Of a DNA stretch of 64,000 nucleotides, positions 28,201 through 41,703 are shown piece after piece; positions within the stretch are counted from its first letter, which is position 1; every line of letters starts with the position of its first letter. The notes below the pieces were generated by a model. It was not told the DNA's origin and ran no database searches. It saw only the letters and a program-made list of their open reading frames with translations. A program made the position numbers and the translations under genes. Origin of the DNA: Ophelia neglecta (Eukaryota); contig OZ260661.1 in the NCBI GenBank assembly GCA_965285935.1, positions 34,534,001-34,598,000 of the forward strand, read 5' to 3'.

Positions 28201-31200
28201 TTCGTTTGCCACAAGAAATCGGTGCCAGATAATGGAAGATACAGGGTACGAAAAATTCTTATTTATAAATAATATATATACTAATTCCAAACAAAATTCA
28301 TGAATAATAATTGCATCCCCTTTATGTGTGATTATTGATGATTCTTTATCTCTTTGCTCATATGACAGTTTGCCTTTTTTGGGTTTTACTCCAAAAGATG
28401 AGTCATTCATCTACCCAGAAGCCAAAGAGAAGCCATGATCTTATCTAAAGCGGTATTTGCATTGACACATTCGATGGAAGGACATCTTGGTTAAGCTAAG
28501 TAGGGTGCAGTCAGGGACATAACGAGGGAATCAATCAAACCAAATGGCCGACAAAGAGGATTTTATTGCATACCATTGGATCAAACCGAATTCTTTTTCA
28601 TCGAGCAAGGTGCAATATGATGCCTTGACACTTGAAAGTCCTATGTGGAACACCCCCCCCCCCTCCGCTCGATCTACAGGGGCATTATCCAGTTTTCTGA
28701 TCACGAAACCACTTAGAGGAGGACCAACCCCAATAAAGAGTCCGACAAAAAATCGTTTGATCTGGAAAAAGCATAGTGTCCGCGAATAAAGGCAAAACAA
28801 TAGGTCAACGAGTTTTTTGTTGGAGGATTAAAACAATTCTCGCTTCCTTATCTGCTAATCAATCCATTTTGATAGATACTTGTGATTCACCAGTAGCAAA
28901 CAAGACAAATCCGAATCATTAGTCAAGATTAGTCCATTGATTTGGTTCGAATTCTTCAGGAACGATCATCTACAGCCCCAAACACTGTTCAGTAAATCAG
29001 TCTCAAGGTCCCAAACAGTTAGCAAATATGAAGAAGAAAGGGAATACGGTGCGTGCTGGTGATAGGGACCAGGGCCTCCAACATATGGAGCGTACCACTT
29101 CATTTAACGGAGAAGGGGGGGGGGGCGTACTGTTTATATTTCGCATTTCAAATTAATGTTTTCTTGAATTGTGAATTACGTTTTCTGTGTTCAGGTATAG
29201 TTGTTTTTGACGTACCAGCACATTCCGTTGCAAAATATGTTGCAAATAGCTGGGAAGTGTGGTTTTTTTTACAAAAGAAGAGAACCGAATTCCGTTTGAT
29301 CGAGCAAGGTGTTGTAAACATTCTTTGGTGCTACGATGCCTTGACACCTGTAAGTAATAAGTTGCAATAACCATCACGCCCCACTCCCACCCTCGCTCAC
29401 TGTTTCCAGTGGTTTTGTGCAGTATTCTGTATATAGGCCGAGGTCTTGCTTGCGAAACAACCACAGTTCATTTCCTGGTCACGTAACAGTCCTTGAATGA
29501 AGTATGTTATCTGGGCGGAAAGAGTCTCAATTTAGCAAATGGGTATTTTATATCGTATGCATATTCACTAGATCAGGAAGGAATCAATTTATGTTTGTGT
29601 TAAGTATAACTAAATGCTATTTGGTCATCAGTTATACCGCTTCTTCTTCACAGTTAATAGGAGAAGTCAACTTAAAAACATAGCAGTTATATATTGGAAT
29701 TACCTGTTTCCGTTGCCTATGGTTTTCAAGAATACCAATTGTTTACTGAATCTTCTGGCTACGGCTATCAACACTAAATTTAAATTGATAAGCATTGTTG
29801 AGAATACTATAATGAATTATACAAACTAATCTGTCCAAGAACACTTTCATCGACAATAAAATTGTCAGAGCAGTAACCCTATATAAGAATGGAAAATTTT
29901 GCGATTGGTGGATTGGAAGAATAGGTAGATTGCTGATTCCTTGTATTGAAGTGCATTGGACTATCCGGTATAACGTTGTATTCTTCTTGGTGTTTGTTCA
30001 TGTTTAACAGATCTAATTTGCACTTGTTTGAGTTTGTGTTTTGGTGTATAGCGTACATTCTACTTCTGCTGAATATGCATCAAAGTTTCTTTGTTGTTTT
30101 GCGAACAAATACAGGCCGTTTCAACTGATTCTTCCCTGAGGTACCTACTTAAATGCAGCATGCTGGTTTAGGGACAATGAAGGGCTGCTACTCCGAGAAG
30201 TGCCTTCATTGATGGGAAGCCTATTTGTCTTGCACGGGGGAATAGAGGAAGAAATAGAGCACAATACCAATGTATTTAATCGCTTGGGAACGACTGCGCC
30301 GTCGCTAGGTTCAGATTGATTAGTTTATAATTGCAGAATAATATGATATGAATTAATCAGCCCAAAGTGTCACACTTTATTGCACTAAAGTGCATTGATA
30401 TTGTGAGTGCAGTGCATATTATTACACATTGCACCATTTTGTCCGTGGAAAGTAAGCTATGCTTAAGACTTGTCATTTCCTAGTAGTATTGTACTGTGTG
30501 GCCTTTATTTCCTTGTGGAAATAGCAAAGTGCACAATAAAATAGGGATATTTACGATGGCACTGATAAACGTCTTTTTAACAGTGGCACCCTATTGCTGG
30601 TCACTATGTTGGATCCATCCAGGATTTTGTCCACCTGCTCCCCTATATAGTGTGCCGCAGCGTGCGAGATCACCAACAACGGCTGGCGCTGGCAAAAGCC
30701 GCTCGTCATTTGGCGAACACAGCCATTAGGAAAGAAGCTCCAAGGAAAGAGCTACATTGACAAAATTAGCTCACCTGTATATTAATGTTTTATGTTTGTA
30801 CTAGTGGTTCATTTGGGACTAGGATTATGGTTAATTGCGGACGGGCAGGTAATGGCTCCTGCTGAAGCTTGAATCTATCTATCTACCTGGATTGCAAGGC
30901 AAGGTCTATTTTTAGATATAGGTAAGACATATCGTTTATTTTCATGAAGACAATGTTGCAGTTGGTTTTACTCATTTCCAAATTAGTTGACATTGCTATG
31001 CCAATGATTTGTTAAATAGACACAACGCATTTCCTATCCGTGATCGAATCCAATAATATGGCTTACAAGGTATAACAATTCTTTTAGTTGGTGGTTGGTG
31101 TTTTATATAAAACAAGGGCATCGTAGTTTGCTAAGATTTTCTCAGTCTACTATATCTCCATATGATAGCCTTGCATCAATTGCTCAATTGAAATTGGACG

Positions 31201-31295
31201 GTTGCCATGTCGTGAACACTAAGGCGATATTGATTATTTATTATTTGAAATTCTCAGGATGTATTAATAGTCGAACATATAATTCTTCTGAGAAG

Positions 31296-31471
31296 ACCTG
31301 TATGGAGAAGTGACTTTGCTTATACTGAAATTTAAGTATGCCAATTTAACGAAACCTGTATGGAGAAGTGACTTTGCTTATACTGAAATTTAAGTATGCC
31401 AATTTAACGAAACCTGTATGGAGAAGTGACTTTGCTTATACTGAAATTTAAGTATGCCAATTTAACGAAAC
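31296..31471. repeat. Perfect tandem repeat, 3 x 58 bp
   Basis: Unit ACCTGTATGGAGAAGTGACTTTGCTTATACTGAAATTTAAGTATGCCAATTTAACGAA starts at 31296, 31354 and 31412. Confidence 0.97.
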
Positions 31472-32552
31472 GCAACAGCCTCACAGTTTACTGAATGCAG
31501 AACTGAAATGAGGTTTCAACTGCTTGGTTAATATTAAAACGCTGTGAACATTTTAATCATTGGTATACAGGCGGTTCAAGATTCTCAATGGACATCGTCA
31601 TGGTTTTCAAGTCCCTGCTTGAAATGCCCCCGCCTACCCCCTTTAATAATAATAACAAATCTGTACTTATATCGTTGATGAGGGATTTGCCCCTGTCAGC
31701 CAGCCTTAAGACCTACTTAACGCTCGCTGGTGTTCTACGCTGGTCAGTCGCAAATGCTCGCGAGGTGTGTTTGTTATCGGGCTAAGGAGCACCTTAAATA
31801 GTAAACTGATATTGAAAATTCTAAAGCTTCCAACGTAGGGTGATACTAGATTGAAAGTGATCTTAGTAGAACTGAAAAGGTAACAAAACACTGTATGACC
31901 TATCTTTGGTGATTAAGCGAAAATACGCTGATTGGATATATGCTGTCGGGTTTAAGGCTTAGTACAAGCCACACAAGGATGCGTCACCGAGCATTTTGGG
32001 TTAAACATGATGTGTGTATGGTCATAGCTTGTCGATACCGTGGCTGCTTTGAACGATTACTCTTTTTGTTGGGTTTAAGTAAGATTCTAAGCAGTACGTA
32101 GCACAGTATTAAACGTTATTTCACAATGGGGATCATTGCCTGAGCCGCGTGAAGCCTACTAGGTAGGGATCGATAATACTATAAGCCACGACAGTATTAT
32201 TAGCATCACTGTGATATCTTAGTTGTCATTACGGCAATGACAAGTGTGCCACGTATGCCACAACAGTCTAGTTTGCTGGAGAGGAAAGCACAAACGTGAT
32301 TGCATCATTCAACTCTTGATTAGTTAACATACATACCGTTGACTTACCTTAAGATAATGTGGTAATATTTTATTATCGTCATATATATTTCTATTTCAAT
32401 GAAGACGTTGTTTCATTCACAAGCAATTTATACGAAACAACAATCTGGCAATAGGAACAGTATGTAACATCGAAAAGTGATTTAGAGTCCCGATAGCTGA
32501 ACGACTATAACATGCTTATAGCTGATAGAACGTATGCTTCTTTAAATTCCAG

Positions 32553-32703
32553 AGTGGTTCGGCCTCATTACAGACTGGACCATGTTGGGTTTAGCTGGCG
32601 CCAGGCGAAGGGCTAGGCAGATGAGATTTGCTGCGTCTCGAGCAAAATCAACAGATCAAACAATGGACTGTGGAGGCATCCAACAAGTAACAGCACCAAA
32701 AGG
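32553..32703 (+). pseudogene. Exon-like coding fragment, copy 1 (...QMRFAASRAKSTDQTMDCGGIQQVTAPKG)
   Basis: ttccAG acceptor, GG|GTCAGT donor, open frame; paralogous to 35541-35623 with mostly third-position differences. Confidence 0.5.
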
Positions 32704-35477
32704 GTCAGTTGATTACAAAATCCCAATTCTTTCCTTACATTAACTGGTCATATACCTGACAACGAGTGATTGCCAATTAGTTTAGTTGTTTTCTGCTTTT
32801 AGCAAATTTTACTTCATAGAATTATAGTCATTTAACATTTGAACCCATATGCCCTACTTTGTATTTACATCCATGTAAACCTTCATTATGCAGTTTCATG
32901 TTCAATTTAACACAACGTCGTTTGCCACATGTTCAAAAACTAGTACTAGTATCCACAATCTGTTCATAATCCAGTCCTTTTCTCGATATAAAACAGTCAT
33001 TTCAGCAACTTCGACAACGTTAAGAGCAGGTGGGCCTAGCACCTCCTCGTGTACGAAAGCACTCAACTTTCTACACTAAGATGCTTTGTACATTTTTCTT
33101 TTTCATCAACACATTTTAAGCTGTATAATCTTGGGCATATGGGCACTTGAGTAGTTGATCCTCATAAAATATTGAAACTTTGGCCTGACATAGACATATA
33201 ATTCGGCTGAGAGCCACCCAGGGAAATCCTAGACTTTATTACCGAATGACTACCTGGCTGTCTCCATGGACATTACTTGCGGTTCTGAATCACTTCTGGC
33301 CATTAAGCTGACGGACTATTTCTCCCTTGGCTATGCAGCGGAGCTTCTAATGTAATAAGTGGCAAGATAATAAATTGGTTCATCCTGGTATAACAAAGAA
33401 GCCGACCGGACGAATTGGTCATTTAACTTATCAATTTGAAAGCACTTTGTTGAAACAACACTCATTCTATTGAAAAGAAATAGATCCGGTCATATTTTCA
33501 TACTGTTCATTTGGCCTTTGGTATATCCCCCATTACACATGTAAGGGACATATTTGCGTGTTGCTGAGAACACCTCACTGTGTTCCCTTATATAGAGCTA
33601 AATCGGGAATGCCTAAACGAAGCGTCATCCTTTATAAATACGTACATTTTCACACTGAATATAGCAGCAACTCTGTAAAATACTGAAAAAAACCATTCAA
33701 CTTTGTTCCGTATCCAGAGTACCAACCTGTTTCTTTTTCAATTGTACCCTGTTGGTATTTATATTCCTGGACATGAATAGGTTCCTGGACATGCTGGATC
33801 GTAAAGCCGATATTTCAGCTATGAGTCTGATTAGTTGTGGTCATATTATAACTAATTGGGACATAAATTGGTCCTAACCATGAGGCCTGTATGGCTGTCT
33901 ATTAAATCAGAACGATTGTTTTATGAGAGCCATATCCAGCCTTGCATTTGGTTTGCTTCAATGTTTGGTTTCACCTCTGCGGTCAATGACCACATATTTG
34001 CAAAAACAACACCCCTATCATCGTGTTTCTAGGTTATGCATTTTATTTGCTATATAATTGTTTTGGAATACGCTGGATATGCCTTCAGTTTTAAGATATA
34101 GATGCCGACATGTCTCTCTGTTAACACGACTAAAATTAGCCCACTCTGACATCGACCATACAAGTTAATATAATCCATATACCGAACTCATGAGATGGCG
34201 ATATAAACTAATAGGCTCATATTCAGCGATTACTGTAATCGCACATCAAATTGATTAATCTCACAAGTATTCAAAGCATAACTCGATTTGTAACACGATA
34301 TGCTGTTAATATACATGTTGGTATATGCTAATTAAACTAGCATTTCTCGCAATCAAGGAGCAACGTCCATGGTTCCTTCTTATTGAACAAAGTAAAAGGC
34401 AATATGCTAATTGTTAATCATTGCTACTGAATTATTAGAGTTCACAATGTTGATGAAAAGGCATTCCTAACTATCTTTTTAGCAATTTGGCCAGCGTATA
34501 TGAAAGGAAAATACCTTATTTATAAATGTCAAAAAATTGGCGAATTAAGGTGTAGAATTTGCCCTAGAAATAATGTCTATATTTGTTTCATGGTCTCGAG
34601 CATGTTGAAATAGAGAATACATTCATTCTGAAGCAGAGAGTTGAAACTGATGCAACTTCAACTGCTTCCGCAGAGCAATTTCTCCTAAATGAGCCCAGGT
34701 TGCTCCTCCCCAAGATGCCCTCTTGGGTCATTAATGTACCATTGGCTCTATGCAATGTCATGTCACTTATGATCCAACAAGGCACTTAACCATCAAGCCG
34801 CGCAGAGTTGATTAATGAAGCTACCCTTTCGGGCTGTAAAAGAATAATATGTTGTGTAGAAGAGATTTCGATGCTTGCACATTCATGCGTCTTAGAGAGT
34901 GCGAAAGTGACACACACCAAGGAAATTACAGTCATATTTACGTCTCCAAGTCCTAACTCATCCAAATAATTGCCTTGTTAAAATTGTTATTTGAAAGGAG
35001 CTTATAGATATACAAGTTATAGCGATTTTGTTTTCAAGTATAGTTGGATGGTTTAAAGTATTCATGCAAATTGTACAGGCCAGGTATACTGAAAGCAGTA
35101 AGTCATCTCCTTAGTTGTTAGAAATGCGACGCTATTAAATCAAAACTTGACTAAATGCAATTAAACCTTAGTTCAAATGATACATTCACTAATCATAACC
35201 GAAAGAGCTAAACGACCCTAAGTCGAGAATGGCACATTATGTTACTAGGGATGATTATTAAAGGTAAAGATAAATGTTCATGGAGTGGTTATGTTCATCA
35301 GTGTAATACGACCATTATTTCAATGTATCATGATGCTTATTTTTAATGCTGAACTATTCAGTCCAGTTGATAATAGATTGTCGTTAATATTAGTATCTCA
35401 TGAATGTATATCGCTACATATGTGGCATGGCCAGTTTATTTACGTTAGTTCGATGCATGTTACATGCCTTTGAATAG

Positions 35478-35623
35478 TATATTGGACCATTATGTATTTG
35501 GTGGCCTAGCTGTTCAACCAATAATGTTGGCTATAATCAAATGAGATTTCCTGCGTCTCGGGCTAAGTCTATAGACCAAACCATGGACTGTAGAGGCATG
35601 CGACAAGTTACAGCACCAAAAGG
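35478..35623 (+). pseudogene. Exon-like coding fragment, copy 2 (...QMRFPASRAKSIDQTMDCRGMRQVTAPKG)
   Basis: Paralog of 32621-32703; similarity falls off just after the shared GG|GTCAG donor. Confidence 0.5.
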
Positions 35624-38600
35624 GTCAGATAATATTAAATTCCAATTTCTTTTGAAACCTGAAAAAATCATCAATCAGGTAAATTTCCGACATTATCCGG
35701 GTGTTATGTATTTAACTGAAATTAATACTAATGATACCCTAAAGAAATTCAGTCACTATTTGAAATGCAGTTTTAAAAAATATATGCAAAAACACAAGCG
35801 ATGAACATAAAGAAAGTAGGCTCATCAGGTGGGAAGAATCATAAACAGTGCCCGTATCGCTTATTTCCAATACCAACAATGTAACTGTATTCATAGTTCA
35901 AGTGATACATCAGTCAATATTCGGAAATGGTCGCACACATTCGCACTGCCTCGTGTGTATGTACTGAAATAGTTGCGTGTATTGCCCCTCGTGAAATCCT
36001 CTTGTACATGGTCATATAGAATATCGTTATTGATTGGTGGCACTTGGCTGCGTTTCACCAAAGCTTCAACCAATAACATCAATGTTGACAGTTACAATTG
36101 CAGAAGGCAATCAAGTGGACTGAATCAGTTACATTTCCTGTTGATCGATTACTAATACATGAAGCACTGATGTTGATTGCACTTTCAAAATTAAACGAGA
36201 GAACAAGGACCGACTAGAACTAGTCAATACTAATCTGCTATCGACATCCTTCACGTATTATTTCGGCGCATGTTTTTTGTTCAAGAGGGGGTAAAAAGCC
36301 TATTTGTATCCAAAATGTACTACACCGGTCTGTTTAAATCGCCATCTGATTACAATATTTGTTGGTATTTGTGTGGAAAAATCCTTCCCCATTGAAATTT
36401 CTTTTTGGAACACATGATTGTCAGGAGCTAACTAAGTGTTGCAGCGACACTAAAGGTCTTTTGGCCATGTCGCAAGGCAAGGAGTGTCCTGATGTTGGGT
36501 CGGGTAAATTATGAGCATGTCCTGTCATATAAATCAGCAAATAGCTTTAGCGTTTCGGATTATTATTATTTTTCACAAAAAAAAGATATATTATTTTTCT
36601 ATTAAGATATGACCCATAGACCCATACTGCTACTGTTACCGATTTTAATTTAAGAGATAGGAATTTTAGTTAAGGTCCCTGCAACAGTTGACTTTTATCA
36701 TGTGCAACAGTCCTCCAGTTGACAATGTAGCTTTGTTGGAATAGTTCTTGTAACAAACGAACAATCCTCTTAGCCATCAGTTATTACGAACAAAATGAAA
36801 TTCCGAAATCACACGATTAAGCATCCCCCCACACCCTCACCCCCACCCCGGCCAAATGTCCGATGGCATTCATGATATAATCAAACGTCATTTGTTGGAT
36901 AGGTTGACCAGACGTTCTACTTAAATCCGTAATGCTACCGCAATAATGGGAGTGGATACCCGGCTGACAATGCCAAAAATTGGGAAGATTCCATTAAACC
37001 GGGCCAAAATAACCCCTTTTTGTAGTCGAGTTTCTGTAAGCTGGATTTGGTCTTCTGCCGAGCTATTTTGGTTTTGAACTTAATCGGGGTTAATTGAAAC
37101 ACCGATTATAGCGATCCCTGCTAATTGGTTATAGGCTAATCTAATCCCTAAACTTAAGGCGACCTCTAGAGACCAGACCCAAGAGTATACAGCTGAATAA
37201 CCAATAACCTCAATCTGAGGAAGGTGAAAATGCCTGTCCAATGCTACCAAAAATGTTTATGCCATTGCTATTAGACGTATGTTTCCAAAACACTCATTAC
37301 TCATAATTTGTATGAAGTTGAGACTACAAGCGATCAATTAAAGCGCCTCTACACGTGGATTTGGTTGTAATTGGTTCCAGTAAATAAAGTATCAAATGGA
37401 CAAAGAAGCATCCAACTTGTAGTATTTAGTGGCCATTGAGCTATGCCTATGTATTATCCACTGTATCAAAGATTAAGTGTTAGATAAATGATAGAACGTT
37501 TGTTTGTGTTTATGTTGGTTATTGCGCTCTGCCTTACTATACTTATACACGTTGATTTGTTATATACACTTAAGTTTCAATAGTCTGACAAGGCTTCACT
37601 GTATGTAACCATGGTGTGCGGTTTGAATAAAGTGGGTAAAGTTGCATCTTTCAACAGTGTAATATCATAACGAGCAAAAAAAACTCGGGATGAGCAAAAG
37701 CACAGGGCTTATAAACGAAACCAAAAATGCAAAGAACATCTTGCTCTCGAATTTTTATCTAAATTCAGCATAGATGATAGAAGACACATGTCAATGCCAT
37801 TTAAACTTCCGTCATATGCAAGTTAGAACTTACAATTTTGCTTTACATGATTGCAATTAAATTCTTGATTTTGAAAGAAAAGCGGCAACCTTAGTGTCAT
37901 CATATCAGCTGCCATTACCGATCATATTAAAGATAATTACCGCTCTTCTGTAGAATGAATTTAAGCAAATTGCTTGATATATCGTCGCCCGCTAGGCTTA
38001 ACATATTTGATAATAACTTCGCAAAGGGTAATTTGAGCTTAAACGAATCATTGCCGACCTGCCGGATGTATGGCCTTGTTTTTGATTAACCAGTTGTTTC
38101 CTTCGGCGGAGATGCTTAAAAATATCGAATACATGCATAAACGAAAAATGTGTGCCTCGAACAAAATGAGCAACTAAGGTTTACAGTAACCGTTTAACCT
38201 TTGAAATATTTCCATATGGACGGATTCGTATAATGTATTTGATGTATTTTTATTCGCATTCATAAAGCCATGCTCTTTTTGCTAATCAGGTAAAACATGA
38301 ATATCGATTGTTTTCAATAGTCTGGGATTGCACAAATTTCAAGCGAAAGCGGCAATACTGACAGTAATCATTGCGGGGATCAGCTGAGAGCATTGACCGA
38401 GATAGCCTACATACCTGAAACTACAAACAATAGAACTATTAAAGGAGCCAATTGAACGTTAAATTTATACATTTATTGTAGACGTTAATATTAGACCTAG
38501 TCTATCGTACAAAATGCAGCGCACTCGTTCAGCAACATTTTCATCGAGGTGTTTCGACATTCTGTAATATGTATTAATTTCCGTTGCTGTGGCTAAATGG

Positions 38601-40527
38601 TTGATTACGCAGATTGTGCTTATTGCCAATGCTTGCTAAAGTCTGACCAGACTCCAGGCTGTCGATAGGAACAAAGCAATGTTCCTGTCAGACCTTGCCA
38701 TCCATAAAACAAACAGGCGATTTCATTACGAGAGTAGTTGCCAACCTTTGACTCCCTCATTTTCAATACTAATTGCTCCTGCCCATTTCTGTTATTTTTC
38801 AGGCATATAGTTTAGATCACGTCAAGATGTTTCGCTATCGTTGATAGCAATTTGGTTTGGTACACAGTAAATATATATATAAACACCATGTGAGAAAATG
38901 TTTGGCTTGTCAGATCAACAGCAAACTCCATAAACTCATAAGCATATACACATACACACGTACAAACAATAACAATTTGTGGGTGCTTTGTATCTACCAG
39001 TCTTTTTTTTATATTTATATCGTAGTACAAACATAACTTTTTCGTTCCTCGTAAATTGACAATCATCAGGAGTCAATATGCATAAGGAAACTCACGCACT
39101 AATCTAATTACTTCATCACTGTCAATTGGACCATAATCCTAATAGTACAAGAGCCATGTTAGCTAAAATGGCTCAGACAGTTCAATTAATTCATTATGTA
39201 AGAAAAGCAAAAAAGCAAGTAAAATCTACCTACGCTGGGCAGGACGTCCTTTCAGTTATAACACATACGTTTACAAATGTGGACTGTTTAATTTTCGTCT
39301 TAGATGGAATAAAATTGACTTTATATGTAACTTCACCTTTGGAAAATTTAACAAATATCTTCAATGGAGATTTTAGAAGTACCTTTACGGTTTATATTAT
39401 AATAAGAAGTATTTACAAATCTGCATTATTAACAGTGGTCTTTATTTGATGCGTTCAACCAGACATCCAATTGGCTCGTAAAAAGATGCAACCTGATTAC
39501 TTTTCTTCAAAAATATGATTATAGTAGACGTGATTTTATTCTTTATTGAACATTGACATTAGCGTCTATAATTAGAAACTGGGTTTGGCGTATGTTTGAT
39601 GAGTAATCTGTAGGCTATATTATATATGTCTAGCAACAAAGATCTCTAGAATAAGGTTGCATCACGTTAACACTGTGAGCCGCCGACCAATACAGCATTG
39701 TTAGTGTATGTTGAATTATAAAAGGAAAATCGATGTTTGTTCACATGTAGCTGACCCAGAGTCATTGTGGTCCTATCTAATGAATTATTCTCGATGAAAG
39801 ATTTTGCATTTCCAACCGTGTTCCCACTCCCCTACGTTTGCTTATTGGGTATTAGTTAAAATTCGTAACGAAACATTTTCACATGACATTATTATAAGCG
39901 CTATTGCTTCTGGTTCGGGGGTGACTACGAGGTACCTGCATATGCCAGCGATAACGTTGCTCAATGCATGTCCAATGTTGTTTTCACCTTATATACCTTA
40001 TACTGGTCATACACAAGGCGAGAATTTTTTTTGACTTAAAAAGAAACTATTTACATACGTTTTAATATATCGTGCTGTTTGGTAATTGCCATGTTCATTC
40101 TGATGGTCTGAAAATAATGACTTGCAGAAAAAAAAGAATACATGCTTACATAATGATAAACATTTGATATATTCCAACAGTATCCATGTATGTGCAAATA
40201 TTAATAGTTAATTAATTATTGTTTTACTCTTTTCAATGATAGTTTTGTTTAATAAGATCTGATTATGAGCTAAAATCGGAACTTGGACGCATTGTCTACT
40301 CACATTGACCAGTGAACTCAAATTGGAAATACATTGATTACTAGTACAAATAAGTAATGTTTACTTTGCTGTGTTTTGGTTTGTTACAAAATGTAATGTC
40401 GTAATATGTATTGAAGCGCAGTATTTTGTACATTTTCAATCACTCACTTATCTTGTATGCTTGTCCTCAGGATGATACGATTAATGGAATGCAACCATTT
40501 ATGATCATGTACGTTTTCATCTTTCAG

Positions 40528-40560
40528 CTCATTCAAACATTTAGCGCAGTCTCTGGTAAG
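40528..40560 (+). CDS. Candidate 33-nt upstream micro-exon of the JmjC-TPR gene (SFKHLAQSLVR)
   Basis: ttttcatctttcAG acceptor and AG|GTAAGT donor; a phase-2 join to 41101 keeps the frame open. Confidence 0.4.
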
Positions 40561-41100
40561 GTAAGTTCTCTCTTTTGTCCGAAGTAGTATATCTATTATC
40601 TAAGGCCATTGTTATTTGCCATTGACAACTTATCGGCAATGCTAATGTGGACAAGTATCAAAAATGAAGCCTATTACAGTTAATAGGTTCTGGGGAAAAA
40701 TTATACCCGTGAAACTTATCAAAGTAACCGTGCAAAACCATATTCTTTCATTTTTCCCTTTTGCAATGTTATCAAAAGGTTAATCATGCTTGAACTTACT
40801 GAATAAACACCCACGACATTCCAAATATATCACACTATCAGGCGACACCTCAATAATGTCAAACATAACTATAATTAGCGACTGATTCACCTGTTCTGAT
40901 CAAAGGATATTTGAACATTATATATAATATTTGATTGCTGAATGATATATTGTTATTTCCCTTTCAGTTCAGTTTAACACTAATTATGAGCATATAATAT
41001 AAATATAGCATTGACAGAACCCTGTGACAATTTCTTATACCCCATTGCTTAATTTGAATTTACTTCGACCTTAACCCGACGTATGTGTTGTCTTTTAAAG

Positions 41101-41703
41101 ATCACATCGGTCATTGAAGACTGGGGAATTCAGCAGTTCAGGCCCTATTTCTGGTGCTGGATATGGTTGTTCTCGCGGAACGTTTCGTAAAAAGGATAGT
41201 GAAAATGCATTGAAATCGCCTTGGGATTCGCAACTATTTTTTGGCTATTCCGCTAAATACGCTCTATATGTACAAGGTATTCTCATTTGTATTATGGCGG
41301 CAATTGCTGTCACTGCTCTATTGAAGGGACCAATTCAAACGAAAAATATTCGAAACATTACCAACAGTAGGACTGGTTACTCGGTTTCAGACTTTTATAC
41401 TGCGATGGCTGGCGATAAGTGCACTATGGAGAGAATAGACTTCAACTATTTAACGGAAGAATTGTTCAATCTAACATACCGGCTGCAACGGCCTTTTATT
41501 TTATCACACAGAAAGGGTGCTAAATATTGGCTGGATTCTAAGCTTTGGGATATTAATACACTTTCAACGCGGTATGGAAGTTTGAACGCTACGCATGAAG
41601 CCTGGGATATTACAATGGATGCAATGAACACTGAAGAAAGTACTCTAAAACTGTGTCTAGAGAATATGAAAGGCAGCAAGCAACATATCAGTGGGAATAA
41701 TAT
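41101..41703 (+). CDS. JmjC-TPR gene exon: hydrophobic anchor and N-terminal JMJD8-like region
   Basis: tcttttaaAG acceptor; ORF 41114-41749; hydrophobic ALYVQGILICIMAAIAVTALL; donor AT|GTGTGT. Confidence 0.8.

Noticed and set aside
30360-30440. miR-92-like seed TATTGCACT within short palindromes
   Set aside because: The rest of the mature sequence does not match and no ~60-nt precursor stem is evident.
31296-31471. CRISPR-like array
   Set aside because: Units are contiguous with no unique spacers; no cas genes; eukaryotic context.
34583-34789. Protein-like 68-aa frame between the duplicated exons
   Set aside because: No clear splice sites or recognisable motif; cannot be supported.
38588-38660. 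tRNA/SINE A-box-like TGGCTAAATGG (also TGGCCTAGC near 35502)
   Set aside because: No B-box at suitable spacing and no cloverleaf.
40471-40560. Signal-peptide-like reading MQPFMIMYVFIFQLIQTFSAVSG as the start of the JmjC-TPR gene
   Set aside because: Its phase 0 or 1 donors do not join the 41101 acceptor in the coding frame; it would need another unseen exon.
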